DNA of 64,000 bases, from IMG/VR virus record IMGVR_UViG_3300008111_000002, positions 124,001 to 188,000 of that record. One strand, 5' to 3'. Under the pieces are notes generated by a model. That model did not search any database, was not told where the DNA came from, and worked only from the letters and a program-made list of their open reading frames with translations. Made by a program: the position numbers and the translations under genes. Shown here piece by piece: positions 40,840 through 50,228 of the stretch (its first letter is position 1; every line of letters starts with the position of its first letter).

Positions 40840-41636
40840 GTTGGATTTTTTTAAACAACACTAAAAAATCTCAATATATAGAAATCTTTGCTAAAGGTTG
40901 CGGCAGTGAAGTAACTTCCTATGAAGATTTTGTATACGAAAACAATACTAACCCGTTAGTAATTCGCGGTATACTTAAAGATAAATTAATTAAACGTTGC
41001 TGGGAAGATCAACGCACGTTTTATTATTTCGATACTGGGTATATTGGTAATGACGTATATAATAAAAACCCAAGTGGTTATAAATTTTGGCATAGAATAG
41101 TAAAAAATAATTTACAACACAGTGAAATTATTTCCAGGCCCGATGATCGTTGGCGTCGATTAGGGAAAGAAATAAAACCCTGGAAGACTCCTGGTAAAAG
41201 AATAATTATAGCTGCTCCTGACGAGAAACCTTGCAAGTTTTATGGAATAAATCTAGATCAATGGTTAGAAAATGTTATTAGTATGTTAAAACAATATACC
41301 GATAGACCTATTGTTATTAGACAACGACCTGCAGATAGAATAGATCGAAAACAAAATATTCCATTAACTCAAGAGTTAGAAAATGATGCATTTGCATTGA
41401 TAACATTCAATAGTGTTGCAGCAACAGAAGCAATTTTAAACGGGATTCCGGCATTTACATTAGCACCTGCTAATGCTGCAAGTCCTGTAAGTTTACAAGA
41501 CTTAACCAAGATAGAAACCCCGTATTACCCTGATAAGGATAAATTATATTCATGGGTATGCCACATGGCTTATGGTCAATTTCATACTGATGAATTAAGA
41601 AACGGTACTGCTAAAAGAATTTTGGAAGAAACATGA
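40836..41636 (+). CDS. putative GT-B glycosyltransferase (KpsS-like), paralogue 2
   Basis: DTGY, TDRPIVIRQRP, TFNSVAATEAILNGIP and W..HMAYGQF..DEL.NG motifs. Confidence 0.6.
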   Translation: MSWIFLNNTKKSQYIEIFAKGCGSEVTSYEDFVYENNTNPLVIRGILKDKLIKRCWEDQRTFYYFDTGYIGNDVYNKNPSGYKFWHRIVKNNLQHSEIISRPDDRWRRLGKEIKPWKTPGKRIIIAAPDEKPCKFYGINLDQWLENVISMLKQYTDRPIVIRQRPADRIDRKQNIPLTQELENDAFALITFNSVAATEAILNGIPAFTLAPANAASPVSLQDLTKIETPYYPDKDKLYSWVCHMAYGQFHTDELRNGTAKRILEET

Positions 41637-42337
41637 AATTACATTTTATTACAAGTATATCAAAAACGTACTGGAACGATACTGCAAGATATTGCATTCC
41701 AACTTGGAAATTACCGGGTAAGACAACCATATACATCGATCAACACGACGGAGATTTAGATTGGATAGTTGAAGTTCCCTTTCACAAAGAATTACTAAGT
41801 GTTCCAGAATTATCAAACAAAGAAGTAGGTAGATCTAAGGTAAGAAAATTTTGGGGCAAGTCGTGGGCGCAAATAGATGCAATCAGAAATAGGGGCGTAG
41901 ATGAAAGAATAATCTGGATTGATTCAGATGTTGAACAAATTGCAGATGTTGGAGAGGAAGATTTTAATTTTAATTTTTCAGAACCATTTGCAATGATGAA
42001 TTCTGGTGATAACGAAGATTGTTGGGAAACTGGTTTAGTAATTTTTAATCAACAATACGGCAAATTAAATGTTGCGACTCGTTTATATGAAAAAGTATGG
42101 CGTGATGAGGAACAATTATTTGGTTTATTTAGACCATATGATGCACACGTATTAGGTTATGTTGCAGAAGAGAGAACCTTTTTAAATTTATGTAATCAAC
42201 CTTGTAAAAATATTGATGCGTTATCTAATTCTAGATTTAGTAAATTTTTTAAACATTGGATTAATAAAGATAATAAAAAACTGTTGCAAGATCTAAAAAC
42301 AACACAACCAAGTGAAAACAGTAGCGATATATCATAA
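41633..42337 (+). CDS. putative GT-A glycosyltransferase
   Basis: RKFWGKSWA, IIWIDSD (DxD), ETGLVIFN and YDAHV; paralogue of 46930..47739. Confidence 0.6.
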   Translation: MKLHFITSISKTYWNDTARYCIPTWKLPGKTTIYIDQHDGDLDWIVEVPFHKELLSVPELSNKEVGRSKVRKFWGKSWAQIDAIRNRGVDERIIWIDSDVEQIADVGEEDFNFNFSEPFAMMNSGDNEDCWETGLVIFNQQYGKLNVATRLYEKVWRDEEQLFGLFRPYDAHVLGYVAEERTFLNLCNQPCKNIDALSNSRFSKFFKHWINKDNKKLLQDLKTTQPSENSSDIS

Positions 42338-43244
42338 ATCAGTTCCTAACGGAAAAAATTTAGAGAAGATACAACTTTTACAAAATTTTTCTCAAGGAGT
42401 TCGTGCAGCAGGTGATACTGTACTTGATGTAGATCACTATAGTGTAGTTGCGGCCGATGTTGGAGTAATACAAGGATGGATATCTGGAAAACCAGATGCG
42501 CAACACACCATATTAAGAAATAATGTAATAACTCAACAAAAATTTCTTAATAGATTTGTTGTATGTGCTGATAGTAATTTATTTCTTTATGCTAATACAG
42601 ATAATCCATTGCATTATCTAAGATATAGTTTTAATGACGTTTTTCCTAATCAAGGAATATATTGTGATACAGAAATAGATCCTATAAGATGGATTAAAAT
42701 CTCACAAAATCTTAATATACATCTTAAACCATATAGAGCATACGGCGATCATATTTTAATACTATTACAACGCAACGGTGGTTGGAGTATGTCTGGATAT
42801 GATGTACAAGATTGGGCTATATCTGTTATTGATACTATACGATCTTTTACAGATAGACCCATAGTAATTAGAGCACACCCTGGAGATAAAGCAGCTAGAA
42901 CTTATCTTAATCCAGACAGTCCGCATTGCAGAATTAAATTTTCTAAACGTGTAAGATTAAGTAATAATACTAGACTAACTGATGATTTAGTAAATTGTTG
43001 GGCTGCTGTAAATTATAATTCAAGTCCAGCAGTCGGTGCAGCAATTGAAGGAATTCCAATTTTTGTAACTGATCCTATTAGAAGTCAAAGTGCGGAAATT
43101 GCTAATAGAGATTTATCACAAATTGAAAACCCAATGTTACCAGATAGGCAAAAGTGGGTTGAAAGATTATCAATGTTTCATTGGAATTTTAACGAATTAA
43201 GATCTGGTGAATGCTGGTCGCATATGAGAAAATTTATTTCATAA
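42312..43244 (+). CDS. putative GT-B glycosyltransferase (KpsS-like), paralogue 3
   Basis: GTG start; HILILLQ, TDRPIVIRAHP, YNSSPAVGAAIEGIP and PDRQKW...W...EL.SG motifs. Confidence 0.6.
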   Translation: MKTVAIYHKSVPNGKNLEKIQLLQNFSQGVRAAGDTVLDVDHYSVVAADVGVIQGWISGKPDAQHTILRNNVITQQKFLNRFVVCADSNLFLYANTDNPLHYLRYSFNDVFPNQGIYCDTEIDPIRWIKISQNLNIHLKPYRAYGDHILILLQRNGGWSMSGYDVQDWAISVIDTIRSFTDRPIVIRAHPGDKAARTYLNPDSPHCRIKFSKRVRLSNNTRLTDDLVNCWAAVNYNSSPAVGAAIEGIPIFVTDPIRSQSAEIANRDLSQIENPMLPDRQKWVERLSMFHWNFNELRSGECWSHMRKFIS

Positions 43245-44058
43245 ATTCTTTTAACTCAGCTAATTGAATATCATAATTATTAACATTAAAACTAAAATCA
43301 GATCTAGTATTAATTAAAATTTTATTAACTGGTTTAGGTCCCTGGGTTCTAATTATTGTTTTATTTAAATTAAAGACCGAGTTTATTTTACATAATAAAT
43401 CATATTTGTTAATTTTAACATTGTTATCAACTAAATGGTATATTCCCGTTATTGTCGGATTTTGAATATACTGATCAATACATTTTGCTAATTGAAGAGT
43501 AGTAATACCATTCCACCAAGCATTATCCCATCCTTGTAATTCTTCATTAATATTGTTGTAGATAAAATTAAACAATCCTGTACCGTTCTTTTTTAATTCA
43601 GGACCAATTATACTCATTCTAAATGTAATATCTTTAGAATTGTTAATTTCACCAAAGGATTTTGATTTACCATATGAATTGGTTTCTGTATGTAAATCTG
43701 TCTCTATGTAGTTTCCTTGTTTGCCGTCAAACACGCAATCAGTTGACAAATGAATTAATTTTGTTTTAGAATCTTTAATTTCGTTTTCAATGCAATGGGG
43801 AAGCCAGGAATTAATAATTGCTGCTCTATCCGGACGATCAATGCTATCCTTGACTAACAGTCCTATGCAGTTAATTATGAAATCAAAATCGTTTTTGGAT
43901 TCATTAAAAAAAGATTTAGTAATTACAGTGTTTTCAATATCTAGTCCATAATCGGCATTATTTCTAGCTAAAGTTTGAACAGTATATCCTTGAGATGTAA
44001 GATATTTTTTAATAACATGACCCGCCATGCCATTAGAGCCAACTATTAAAACTTTCAT
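43234..44058 (-). CDS. NDP-4-keto-6-deoxysugar reductase (RmlD/RfbD-like SDR)
   Basis: GSNGMAG Rossmann motif, INCIG, HLSTDCVFDG and YGKSK. Confidence 0.88.
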   Translation of the reverse strand: MKVLIVGSNGMAGHVIKKYLTSQGYTVQTLARNNADYGLDIENTVITKSFFNESKNDFDFIINCIGLLVKDSIDRPDRAAIINSWLPHCIENEIKDSKTKLIHLSTDCVFDGKQGNYIETDLHTETNSYGKSKSFGEINNSKDITFRMSIIGPELKKNGTGLFNFIYNNINEELQGWDNAWWNGITTLQLAKCIDQYIQNPTITGIYHLVDNNVKINKYDLLCKINSVFNLNKTIIRTQGPKPVNKILINTRSDFSFNVNNYDIQLAELKEFMK

Positions 44059-45035
44059 ATAAATTTACCTTTCTCAAGCATATCTTTTATTTGATCTTTG
44101 TCCATTATCTTTGTTTTAGAAGAAAATTCAGGATATGGAAAATTTTTATGATCTTGGTATCTAGTTGCTAATGCTTGATTATAACCTGCAGGTAGTGTAA
44201 CAAAGTAATGTTCATCATAACAGTATGTTAATTGAGATTCGTGATGTGATATTAACATTTCGTCTAATTTTTCGCCAGGTCTCATTCCAGTTTCAATTAC
44301 CTGAACTTTTCCATATACATCCATTAATACTTCTGCAAGATCTTTAATATAACAAGATGGCATATTCATAACGAATGTTTCACCACCTATGCTATCAATA
44401 GATGCTTTAAACAATAAAAATATAGCCTCTTCTAATGTTAAAAAGAATCTAGTCATTTTCATGTCTGTTATTGTTAACGGCCCACCAGATTTTATTTGTT
44501 CAATAAAATAAGGAATAACCGATCCGCTGGATCCCATTACGTTACCGCCTCTAATACAAACAAATTTTGTATAATCGTTAAGATCATTTGCTTGGATTAT
44601 AATTTTTTCGCCAACAGCTTTTGTCATTCCGTAAAGATTAATAGGTTCGACTGCTTTATCTGAACTTACATCAATTACTTTCTTTACACGATTTTCAATG
44701 GCAGCATTGACTATATTAGTAGTACCGTTGATATTTGTTTTAATTGTTTCCTGAACATTTTCTTCACACACGGGCACATGTTTTAATGCAGCAAGATGGA
44801 AAATGTAATCAACTCCTTTAGTTGCTTGTCTTACTGTATCATAGTCTCTAACATCTCCTATTACAAATTTTAACTTAGGATTGTTAAATTTTCTTTTCAT
44901 CAATACTTGTTGTAATTCTCCACGAGAAAAACAAATAATTTCTGCAACTTCGTACTTTTTAAGAAGTAAACTGATTAAAGTCTGCCCCCACGATCCTGTT
45001 GCCCCACTAACAAAAATTCTAGTTCCGTTAAACAT
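44055..45035 (-). CDS. UDP-GlcNAc 4,6-dehydratase (PseB/CapE/FnlA family)
   Basis: GATGSWG, GDVRD, HLAALKHVP.CE, SSDKAVEPINLYGMTK, GNVMGSSGSVIP, MTRF and RPGEKL. Confidence 0.9.
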   Translation of the reverse strand: MFNGTRIFVSGATGSWGQTLISLLLKKYEVAEIICFSRGELQQVLMKRKFNNPKLKFVIGDVRDYDTVRQATKGVDYIFHLAALKHVPVCEENVQETIKTNINGTTNIVNAAIENRVKKVIDVSSDKAVEPINLYGMTKAVGEKIIIQANDLNDYTKFVCIRGGNVMGSSGSVIPYFIEQIKSGGPLTITDMKMTRFFLTLEEAIFLLFKASIDSIGGETFVMNMPSCYIKDLAEVLMDVYGKVQVIETGMRPGEKLDEMLISHHESQLTYCYDEHYFVTLPAGYNQALATRYQDHKNFPYPEFSSKTKIMDKDQIKDMLEKGKFI

Positions 45036-45588
45036 TATTGTTCCTTAAAATTTCAATCATTTCGCTGTCATTGTATAGTTTTATAGTATTAATAAATTCT
45101 TTAAATTCGTAATATGATATATTTTGATATTCGAGTGGGGGATTTATTTTAGCCGCCGGTATACGAATAAATGTAAGACCGAAATTGTTATTCATAGTGT
45201 ATATTTCAAAATTAGTTTCTTTTATAAAATACATTAGTAATCTAAAAGAATCAGAACAAAATTTTGACGAGGTATGTTTTAGCGATGGAGGAACCATGTC
45301 ATGCATAATAACCCATTTATTAGCATGGTTAACTGAATTATTAAAATCTTTGAGAACATATTCGTAATCATGATTTGCATCAATAAAAATAATATCAAAC
45401 TTTTTTGAATTATCTATACTAGAAAAATATTCATCAGTTGTACCGGTAAACAATGCATTGCCGTTAATATCAACTGAAAATTTTTCTTTACAGTTTATAG
45501 ATCGAAAGTTTTCATTTCTAAAAACACCAAGCTCTAAATAGGTATATTTTTCTATTTCTGGAATGTTATTAATTATTGAACAAGACAC
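45028..45588 (-). CDS. class I SAM-dependent methyltransferase
   Basis: YLELGV, FDIIFIDANHDYE and IMHD motifs. Confidence 0.8.
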   Translation of the reverse strand: MSCSIINNIPEIEKYTYLELGVFRNENFRSINCKEKFSVDINGNALFTGTTDEYFSSIDNSKKFDIIFIDANHDYEYVLKDFNNSVNHANKWVIMHDMVPPSLKHTSSKFCSDSFRLLMYFIKETNFEIYTMNNNFGLTFIRIPAAKINPPLEYQNISYYEFKEFINTIKLYNDSEMIEILRNNNV

Positions 45589-46256
45589 TATTTTGCTCCT
45601 TTAGTTTGGATCCAACCTCTAGCCTTAGATGGTTGTATAACAGAATGAGAAAAATCTAAAAATGTGTCATTGGTAACTGTACCCAAATCATATAAATGAG
45701 AATAATTTTCTTCTGCAATTTTTCTTTTAATAAATGATGCTGATCGTTTTGCTTGCGGATGCCATTCTGGATGAGATTGATCTACCCATTTTGCCCAAAA
45801 ATGTGGTCTTGATAGATCGTAATTCCAACTCGAATGAGACTTGTTATATACTGCTTCTTCGGTAATATACATCGATATATTTGCTTCCTTCATTCTTATA
45901 TAAAAATCATCATCTTCATAACCGCCACCGACATATCTTTCATCTAACATACCAACTCTACGAAATAATTCTTTTTTAAATCCAAAAAATCCAAAGCGAT
46001 AAAGTGCAACTAGCCCGTACCCTTGCTTAATAAGTTCTACAATTTTTTGTATTTGTTCTTGAGTTGGACGAACCTTATCACTAAGCACAATTACTATTTC
46101 AGATGGACATTGAGATATACAACTATTAACTAATTTTGAAAACGAAGGATACCCTGTACCATCAAAATAATTAATTTCTTCTGGGGCTGCGCCGGTCTGT
46201 ATTTCTGGATATATCCAAGGTTTGTTAGATATTACATAACAGTTATAATCTTTCAT
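45588..46256 (-). CDS. GT-A glycosyltransferase (GT2/GT7-like)
   Basis: FSKLVN and VGMLDERYVGGGYEDDDF.IR motifs. Confidence 0.75.
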   Translation of the reverse strand: MKDYNCYVISNKPWIYPEIQTGAAPEEINYFDGTGYPSFSKLVNSCISQCPSEIVIVLSDKVRPTQEQIQKIVELIKQGYGLVALYRFGFFGFKKELFRRVGMLDERYVGGGYEDDDFYIRMKEANISMYITEEAVYNKSHSSWNYDLSRPHFWAKWVDQSHPEWHPQAKRSASFIKRKIAEENYSHLYDLGTVTNDTFLDFSHSVIQPSKARGWIQTKGAK

Positions 46257-46933
46257 TGATAGTTATCCCAAAATGTTGTTCTTGTTAAACTCTTTTTTCC
46301 ATCTTTTTTAATCAATGCAATTCCCATAACATGACTATGAATTTCAATAATTACATGATGTTGATTTATAGCATTGTCTGCTGGAAGATAGGTATTTTTA
46401 TATGTATCCACAAGTTTTTTTGCTGCATGTGGCTTTAATGCATATCCACAACATCCCGGCATTGAACTTTGAAAATATGGTTCTGCTTTTGGATCTCCTT
46501 GTGGATCTTCAAGATACTGCCGATACTTTTCAGTCTTAGTTGGATGCCCTAATGCTAAAACTAGTACGTCTGTCCAATCAATTGGAATAAATGGTCTTCT
46601 TAAAACAATATCATCTTCCCATATAATAATTGGTTCATTTAATTCTACACATTTTTGCCATAGTCTATAATGACTATAAAAGCATCCTTTAACACCAGGG
46701 GAACTTCCTTTTAAATTAGGAACAGCATCGGGATCAATTTCAATATCTGGACCTTTAATGCCAAACGGATGCCAAGTTCTATGTTCAAGTTCCATCATTT
46801 TCACAGCATCGGTGCCATATGTTCCTTCAAACAACTCAACAGGCATATTGTATTCTTCTAATTGTTTTTGTAGGGTTAGTGCTGTTTCAAAAGATGATTG
46901 TATTTTAGAAAGACAAATGATAAAACTTTTCAT
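46253..46933 (-). CDS. glycosyltransferase family 25
   Basis: Start MKSFIICL (ATG 46933); GCFYSHYRLWQKC, IIWEDD and GYAL.P.AAKKL...PAD motifs. Confidence 0.85.
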   Translation of the reverse strand: MKSFIICLSKIQSSFETALTLQKQLEEYNMPVELFEGTYGTDAVKMMELEHRTWHPFGIKGPDIEIDPDAVPNLKGSSPGVKGCFYSHYRLWQKCVELNEPIIIWEDDIVLRRPFIPIDWTDVLVLALGHPTKTEKYRQYLEDPQGDPKAEPYFQSSMPGCCGYALKPHAAKKLVDTYKNTYLPADNAINQHHVIIEIHSHVMGIALIKKDGKKSLTRTTFWDNYQ

Positions 46934-47739
46934 TTCCAATAATCCTCTTTTCTTTTAATTCTTAGATCTTTTTGATGACTGCGGCCATACTGTTTTCTTT
47001 CGCCTTTGAGGTGATCTAAGTATCCACCCCATTCGCAGTTTATTAACGGGTGACCTTCTCCTGTAATAACACCTTGACTCCAGTTGTGCTGTATTAAAAA
47101 AGGAAATCTTTTACGTACATCATCAAATACATAACTGTCATGCCATTCATCTAAGTTAAAGATTCCCGCTTCGGCTTTGTCATACATCCATTGAAATTGA
47201 TTTAAAAAATTTCTAGTCATTTCAGAACGTAAATTAAGAGAATATAAACCACATTCTGAAAATTTGTTGTCTCTACCTAGGTAACACAGATCTTTATCGA
47301 TTGGTATTAGACGCTGTATCTCACTTAGACTAATCGGACTATGACAAACCATATCTGCGTCCATCCATATTAACACATCTGCATCACAATTTTTAGCACA
47401 ATGGAAGATAGTATAAACTTTATGAGCAAATCTTATTGCATCCCATTTGAAAGGTTTATGACTGTCTTTTCTAGCAGCCAATCTTGGAAAACTTGAGATG
47501 TCTCCACTGGCATGGGGAACATTTTTCCAACGTTCTTTGAAGGCTGTGAGTTCAGGAACACCGGTATCGAGATCAATTAATTCAACATTAGCGCCTTGCG
47601 GTACATATGGGTTAACTCTTTCGGGATACAGGTATAACTTTACTTCTTTTGGCCAATTGATCAAAAAAGATTCGATCATTTTTTTAGCATAAGACTTATA
47701 ACCATCTTCATTAAATGTTGTAACTACTGCATATTTCAT
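46930..47739 (-). CDS. putative GT-A glycosyltransferase
   Basis: Start MKYAVVTTF (ATG 47739); RFAHKVY, LIWMDAD, SECG, EWHDSYVFD and DHLKG motifs. Confidence 0.72.
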   Translation of the reverse strand: MKYAVVTTFNEDGYKSYAKKMIESFLINWPKEVKLYLYPERVNPYVPQGANVELIDLDTGVPELTAFKERWKNVPHASGDISSFPRLAARKDSHKPFKWDAIRFAHKVYTIFHCAKNCDADVLIWMDADMVCHSPISLSEIQRLIPIDKDLCYLGRDNKFSECGLYSLNLRSEMTRNFLNQFQWMYDKAEAGIFNLDEWHDSYVFDDVRKRFPFLIQHNWSQGVITGEGHPLINCEWGGYLDHLKGERKQYGRSHQKDLRIKRKEDYWK

Positions 47740-48137
47740 TAGTTTGCCTTTTTCCAAAAATTTATACTTTTATGATTACCCAAACTTTCATAATTATATT
47801 GCCAAAGATGTTTTAAGATCTTTTTACCCACCGGTTCACCATGTATTAAAATGATTCCTGCTCTATTAAGGCTGGCAACTGGTGTGAAATTACCAATCTC
47901 CCATAGACATGGCTCATCCACTACTAGTAAATTAAATTCTGGTAATGTTTTTATATCAGTAAAGTTTAGTCTTGGTATTAAATTTTTACTTTTAATCTCT
48001 GGTCGTTGAGTGTCATAGACAAACACCGTGTTGAATCCTTCAAGAAGATCTGGAATATTAATAAAATTACTACCTAATACCACAGCGGTATCACGTTTTG
48101 TAATAATTGGTTCTATACGTTTTAAAAATTTACTCAT
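47739..48137 (-). CDS. hypothetical protein (glycosylation island)
   Basis: 132 aa, TAATG-coupled to the downstream GT. Confidence 0.55.
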   Translation of the reverse strand: MSKFLKRIEPIITKRDTAVVLGSNFINIPDLLEGFNTVFVYDTQRPEIKSKNLIPRLNFTDIKTLPEFNLLVVDEPCLWEIGNFTPVASLNRAGIILIHGEPVGKKILKHLWQYNYESLGNHKSINFWKKAN

Positions 48138-48149
48138 TACGACAAGAAT

Positions 48150-48167
48150 TAAATACTCTGTTATTTA
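48150..48167. promoter_or_regulatory. face-to-face late promoter cores
   Basis: TAAATA 48150-48155 (plus) and TATTTA 48162-48167 (minus) in the 40-nt gap between divergent genes. Confidence 0.5.
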
Positions 48168-48177
48168 TTTTTAAAAA

Positions 48178-49011
48178 ATGCGCATAAAATTATATCGTGA
48201 AAATGGTGCTCTTGGCAGTAACGTGGTTTTTGACGCTTTAGAACAAGGTTTTAAACGTCTTGGACATCAAATTGTTGACAGCAACGAGGACATTCCGGTG
48301 ATATGGAGTGTACTTTGGTTCGGCCGTATGCAGCCCAATCAACAAATTTACAATTTTTTTAAAAATAAAAATAAACCGGTAATGATAGTCGAAGTCGGTT
48401 CACTGAAAAGGGGAATTTCATGGAAACTTTCATTGGAAAATATCAACGGTGACGGAAAATTTAATCAAGAAAATCATTTACAAAAAAATAGACAAAAAGT
48501 TTTAGGTGTTGAGTTAAAAGATTTTCAAACAAACAGAAAACCCTCAATCCTATTATTGGGTCAACATGATCGCAGCCTCCAATGGGAAGGACTGCCATCA
48601 GTTAGTGACTGGATTTTTCAAAAAATTTCAGAAATTAGAAAATTTACCGATCGTACAATTGTAGTAAGACCACATCCACGTTGTCGTATTAATTATTTTT
48701 CAATACCAAATGTTGTTATCGAAACAACAAATCCAATACCTAACACATATTCTGAATTTGATATTAATTTTTCTCATCACTGCGTAATAAATCATAATAG
48801 TGGTACCACAGTACAGGCAGCAATTAATGGAGTTCCATTAATTTGTGATCCTAGTGCATTAGCACATCCGGTATCCTGTCAACTTAACGAAATAGAGACG
48901 CCATACCTCAAAGATAGAACACAGTGGTTTGAATACATTCTTCATACAGAATGGTTGTTGGACGAATTCATCCAGGGAACTCCACAAGAAAGGTTGATTT
49001 CATCGATGTGA
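48178..49011 (+). CDS. putative GT-B glycosyltransferase (KpsS-like), paralogue 4
   Basis: EVGSLKR, ILLLGQ..RSLQ, TDRTIVVRPHP, HNSGTTVQAAINGVP and DRTQW...EW..DE..QG motifs. Confidence 0.62.
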   Translation: MRIKLYRENGALGSNVVFDALEQGFKRLGHQIVDSNEDIPVIWSVLWFGRMQPNQQIYNFFKNKNKPVMIVEVGSLKRGISWKLSLENINGDGKFNQENHLQKNRQKVLGVELKDFQTNRKPSILLLGQHDRSLQWEGLPSVSDWIFQKISEIRKFTDRTIVVRPHPRCRINYFSIPNVVIETTNPIPNTYSEFDINFSHHCVINHNSGTTVQAAINGVPLICDPSALAHPVSCQLNEIETPYLKDRTQWFEYILHTEWLLDEFIQGTPQERLISSM

Positions 49012-49022
49012 GATGCTATTAT
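48994..49022 (+). promoter_or_regulatory. sigma70-type promoter (extended -10)
   Basis: TTGATT-17 nt-TATTAT with TGn, 6 nt before the ATG at 49029. Confidence 0.55.
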
Positions 49023-49028
49023 TTTAGC

Positions 49029-50228
49029 ATGACCATCATCAGATATGTTGAAGACGTATTCATTGAATTTGCTCATGCAGTTGACCTGCGGCAAGTTTCT
49101 GTTCAGCCCCAGGACATACCAGCCATTAATAGTTTTCAGAATGTAATTCTCACAGGCAAACCGTTAACTAGAGCGCAATCTTCGTTTGTGTTGAAAATTT
49201 TAACCAAATACAAAATTGGCTCAAAGATGGTCGGTATTGACTACCACGACTCAATTGACAATCCCACATGGCGCCATCCGTTTAGAGTTATTGACAACAG
49301 TCGAAGTGTATCTGTAGAGCAGGACGAAGATGGTGGTTTACAAATTTTGATGAAATTTCCATATCAAATTAAAGAACCATTTGAAAAGGAATTACCTAAT
49401 TTAAAATCAATGTGGGATTCTACGTTAATGTCTAGAGTTATTAAACTAAAAGATGCTAACGTAATTGCCATTAGAGAATTCTGTGAAAAATACGAATTTG
49501 TGTTAGATCAAAGTTTCGTCGATTTGTGCGATTCAGTGGAAGAAATCTGGAATCAAGAAGAAAATTTTCTTCCACACTCTGTTGTCAAAAATAAGTTTGT
49601 AACATTGATTAATGCTAATGAAGATGCAAAAGAATATTTTGAAATCAATAAAACAGACAGTTTAGAAGAAAACATGTTCCTAGCAAAGAGCATGAATTTT
49701 TGCCTAAAATTGGAAGAAAAAAATCCAACGTTAATTCAAAAAATTGCCACTGCTCACGACAATTACTTTTATACCAACGACATTAAAAATGTGTTTGAAA
49801 TTTTAAAATCATTACCAACTGCAAAAGTAGCAGTGCTTGTTGATCGTACCTCCGAGACTCTAAACTTTGTTAAAAATTTTGTAAATTTTGCAGAAAATAC
49901 AAATTTTCCAAAAAACAATATTCGTGTATGTTTTAGGCTAAGTGCCGAAGAGGATAAAGATTTAAAATTTAATCAATGGATCAAAGAAAATCAAATGAAT
50001 GGTCCTGTGGACTCTGGAAGAATTTATATTTTTCGTCATAAGCCCGCAAAGTGGTTGTTTGCAGGAAAAGAAAATGTTAAAATTATAGTTACAAACAGTT
50101 TATTTACAAACACTAATATGAGCATTAGTCATTGGATGGACTCACACCCGTGTGTGATTTTTGTTGGAGAACAAAAACCTGCAATGAGAGCATTGTCAAC
50201 TAAGGAAAAAAAGATTGTCAACTTGTAA
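49029..50228 (+). CDS. hypothetical protein upstream of UvsW
   Basis: Start reassigned to MTIIRY (ATG 49029); 399 aa, overlapping the UvsW start. Confidence 0.65.
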   Translation: MTIIRYVEDVFIEFAHAVDLRQVSVQPQDIPAINSFQNVILTGKPLTRAQSSFVLKILTKYKIGSKMVGIDYHDSIDNPTWRHPFRVIDNSRSVSVEQDEDGGLQILMKFPYQIKEPFEKELPNLKSMWDSTLMSRVIKLKDANVIAIREFCEKYEFVLDQSFVDLCDSVEEIWNQEENFLPHSVVKNKFVTLINANEDAKEYFEINKTDSLEENMFLAKSMNFCLKLEEKNPTLIQKIATAHDNYFYTNDIKNVFEILKSLPTAKVAVLVDRTSETLNFVKNFVNFAENTNFPKNNIRVCFRLSAEEDKDLKFNQWIKENQMNGPVDSGRIYIFRHKPAKWLFAGKENVKIIVTNSLFTNTNMSISHWMDSHPCVIFVGEQKPAMRALSTKEKKIVNL

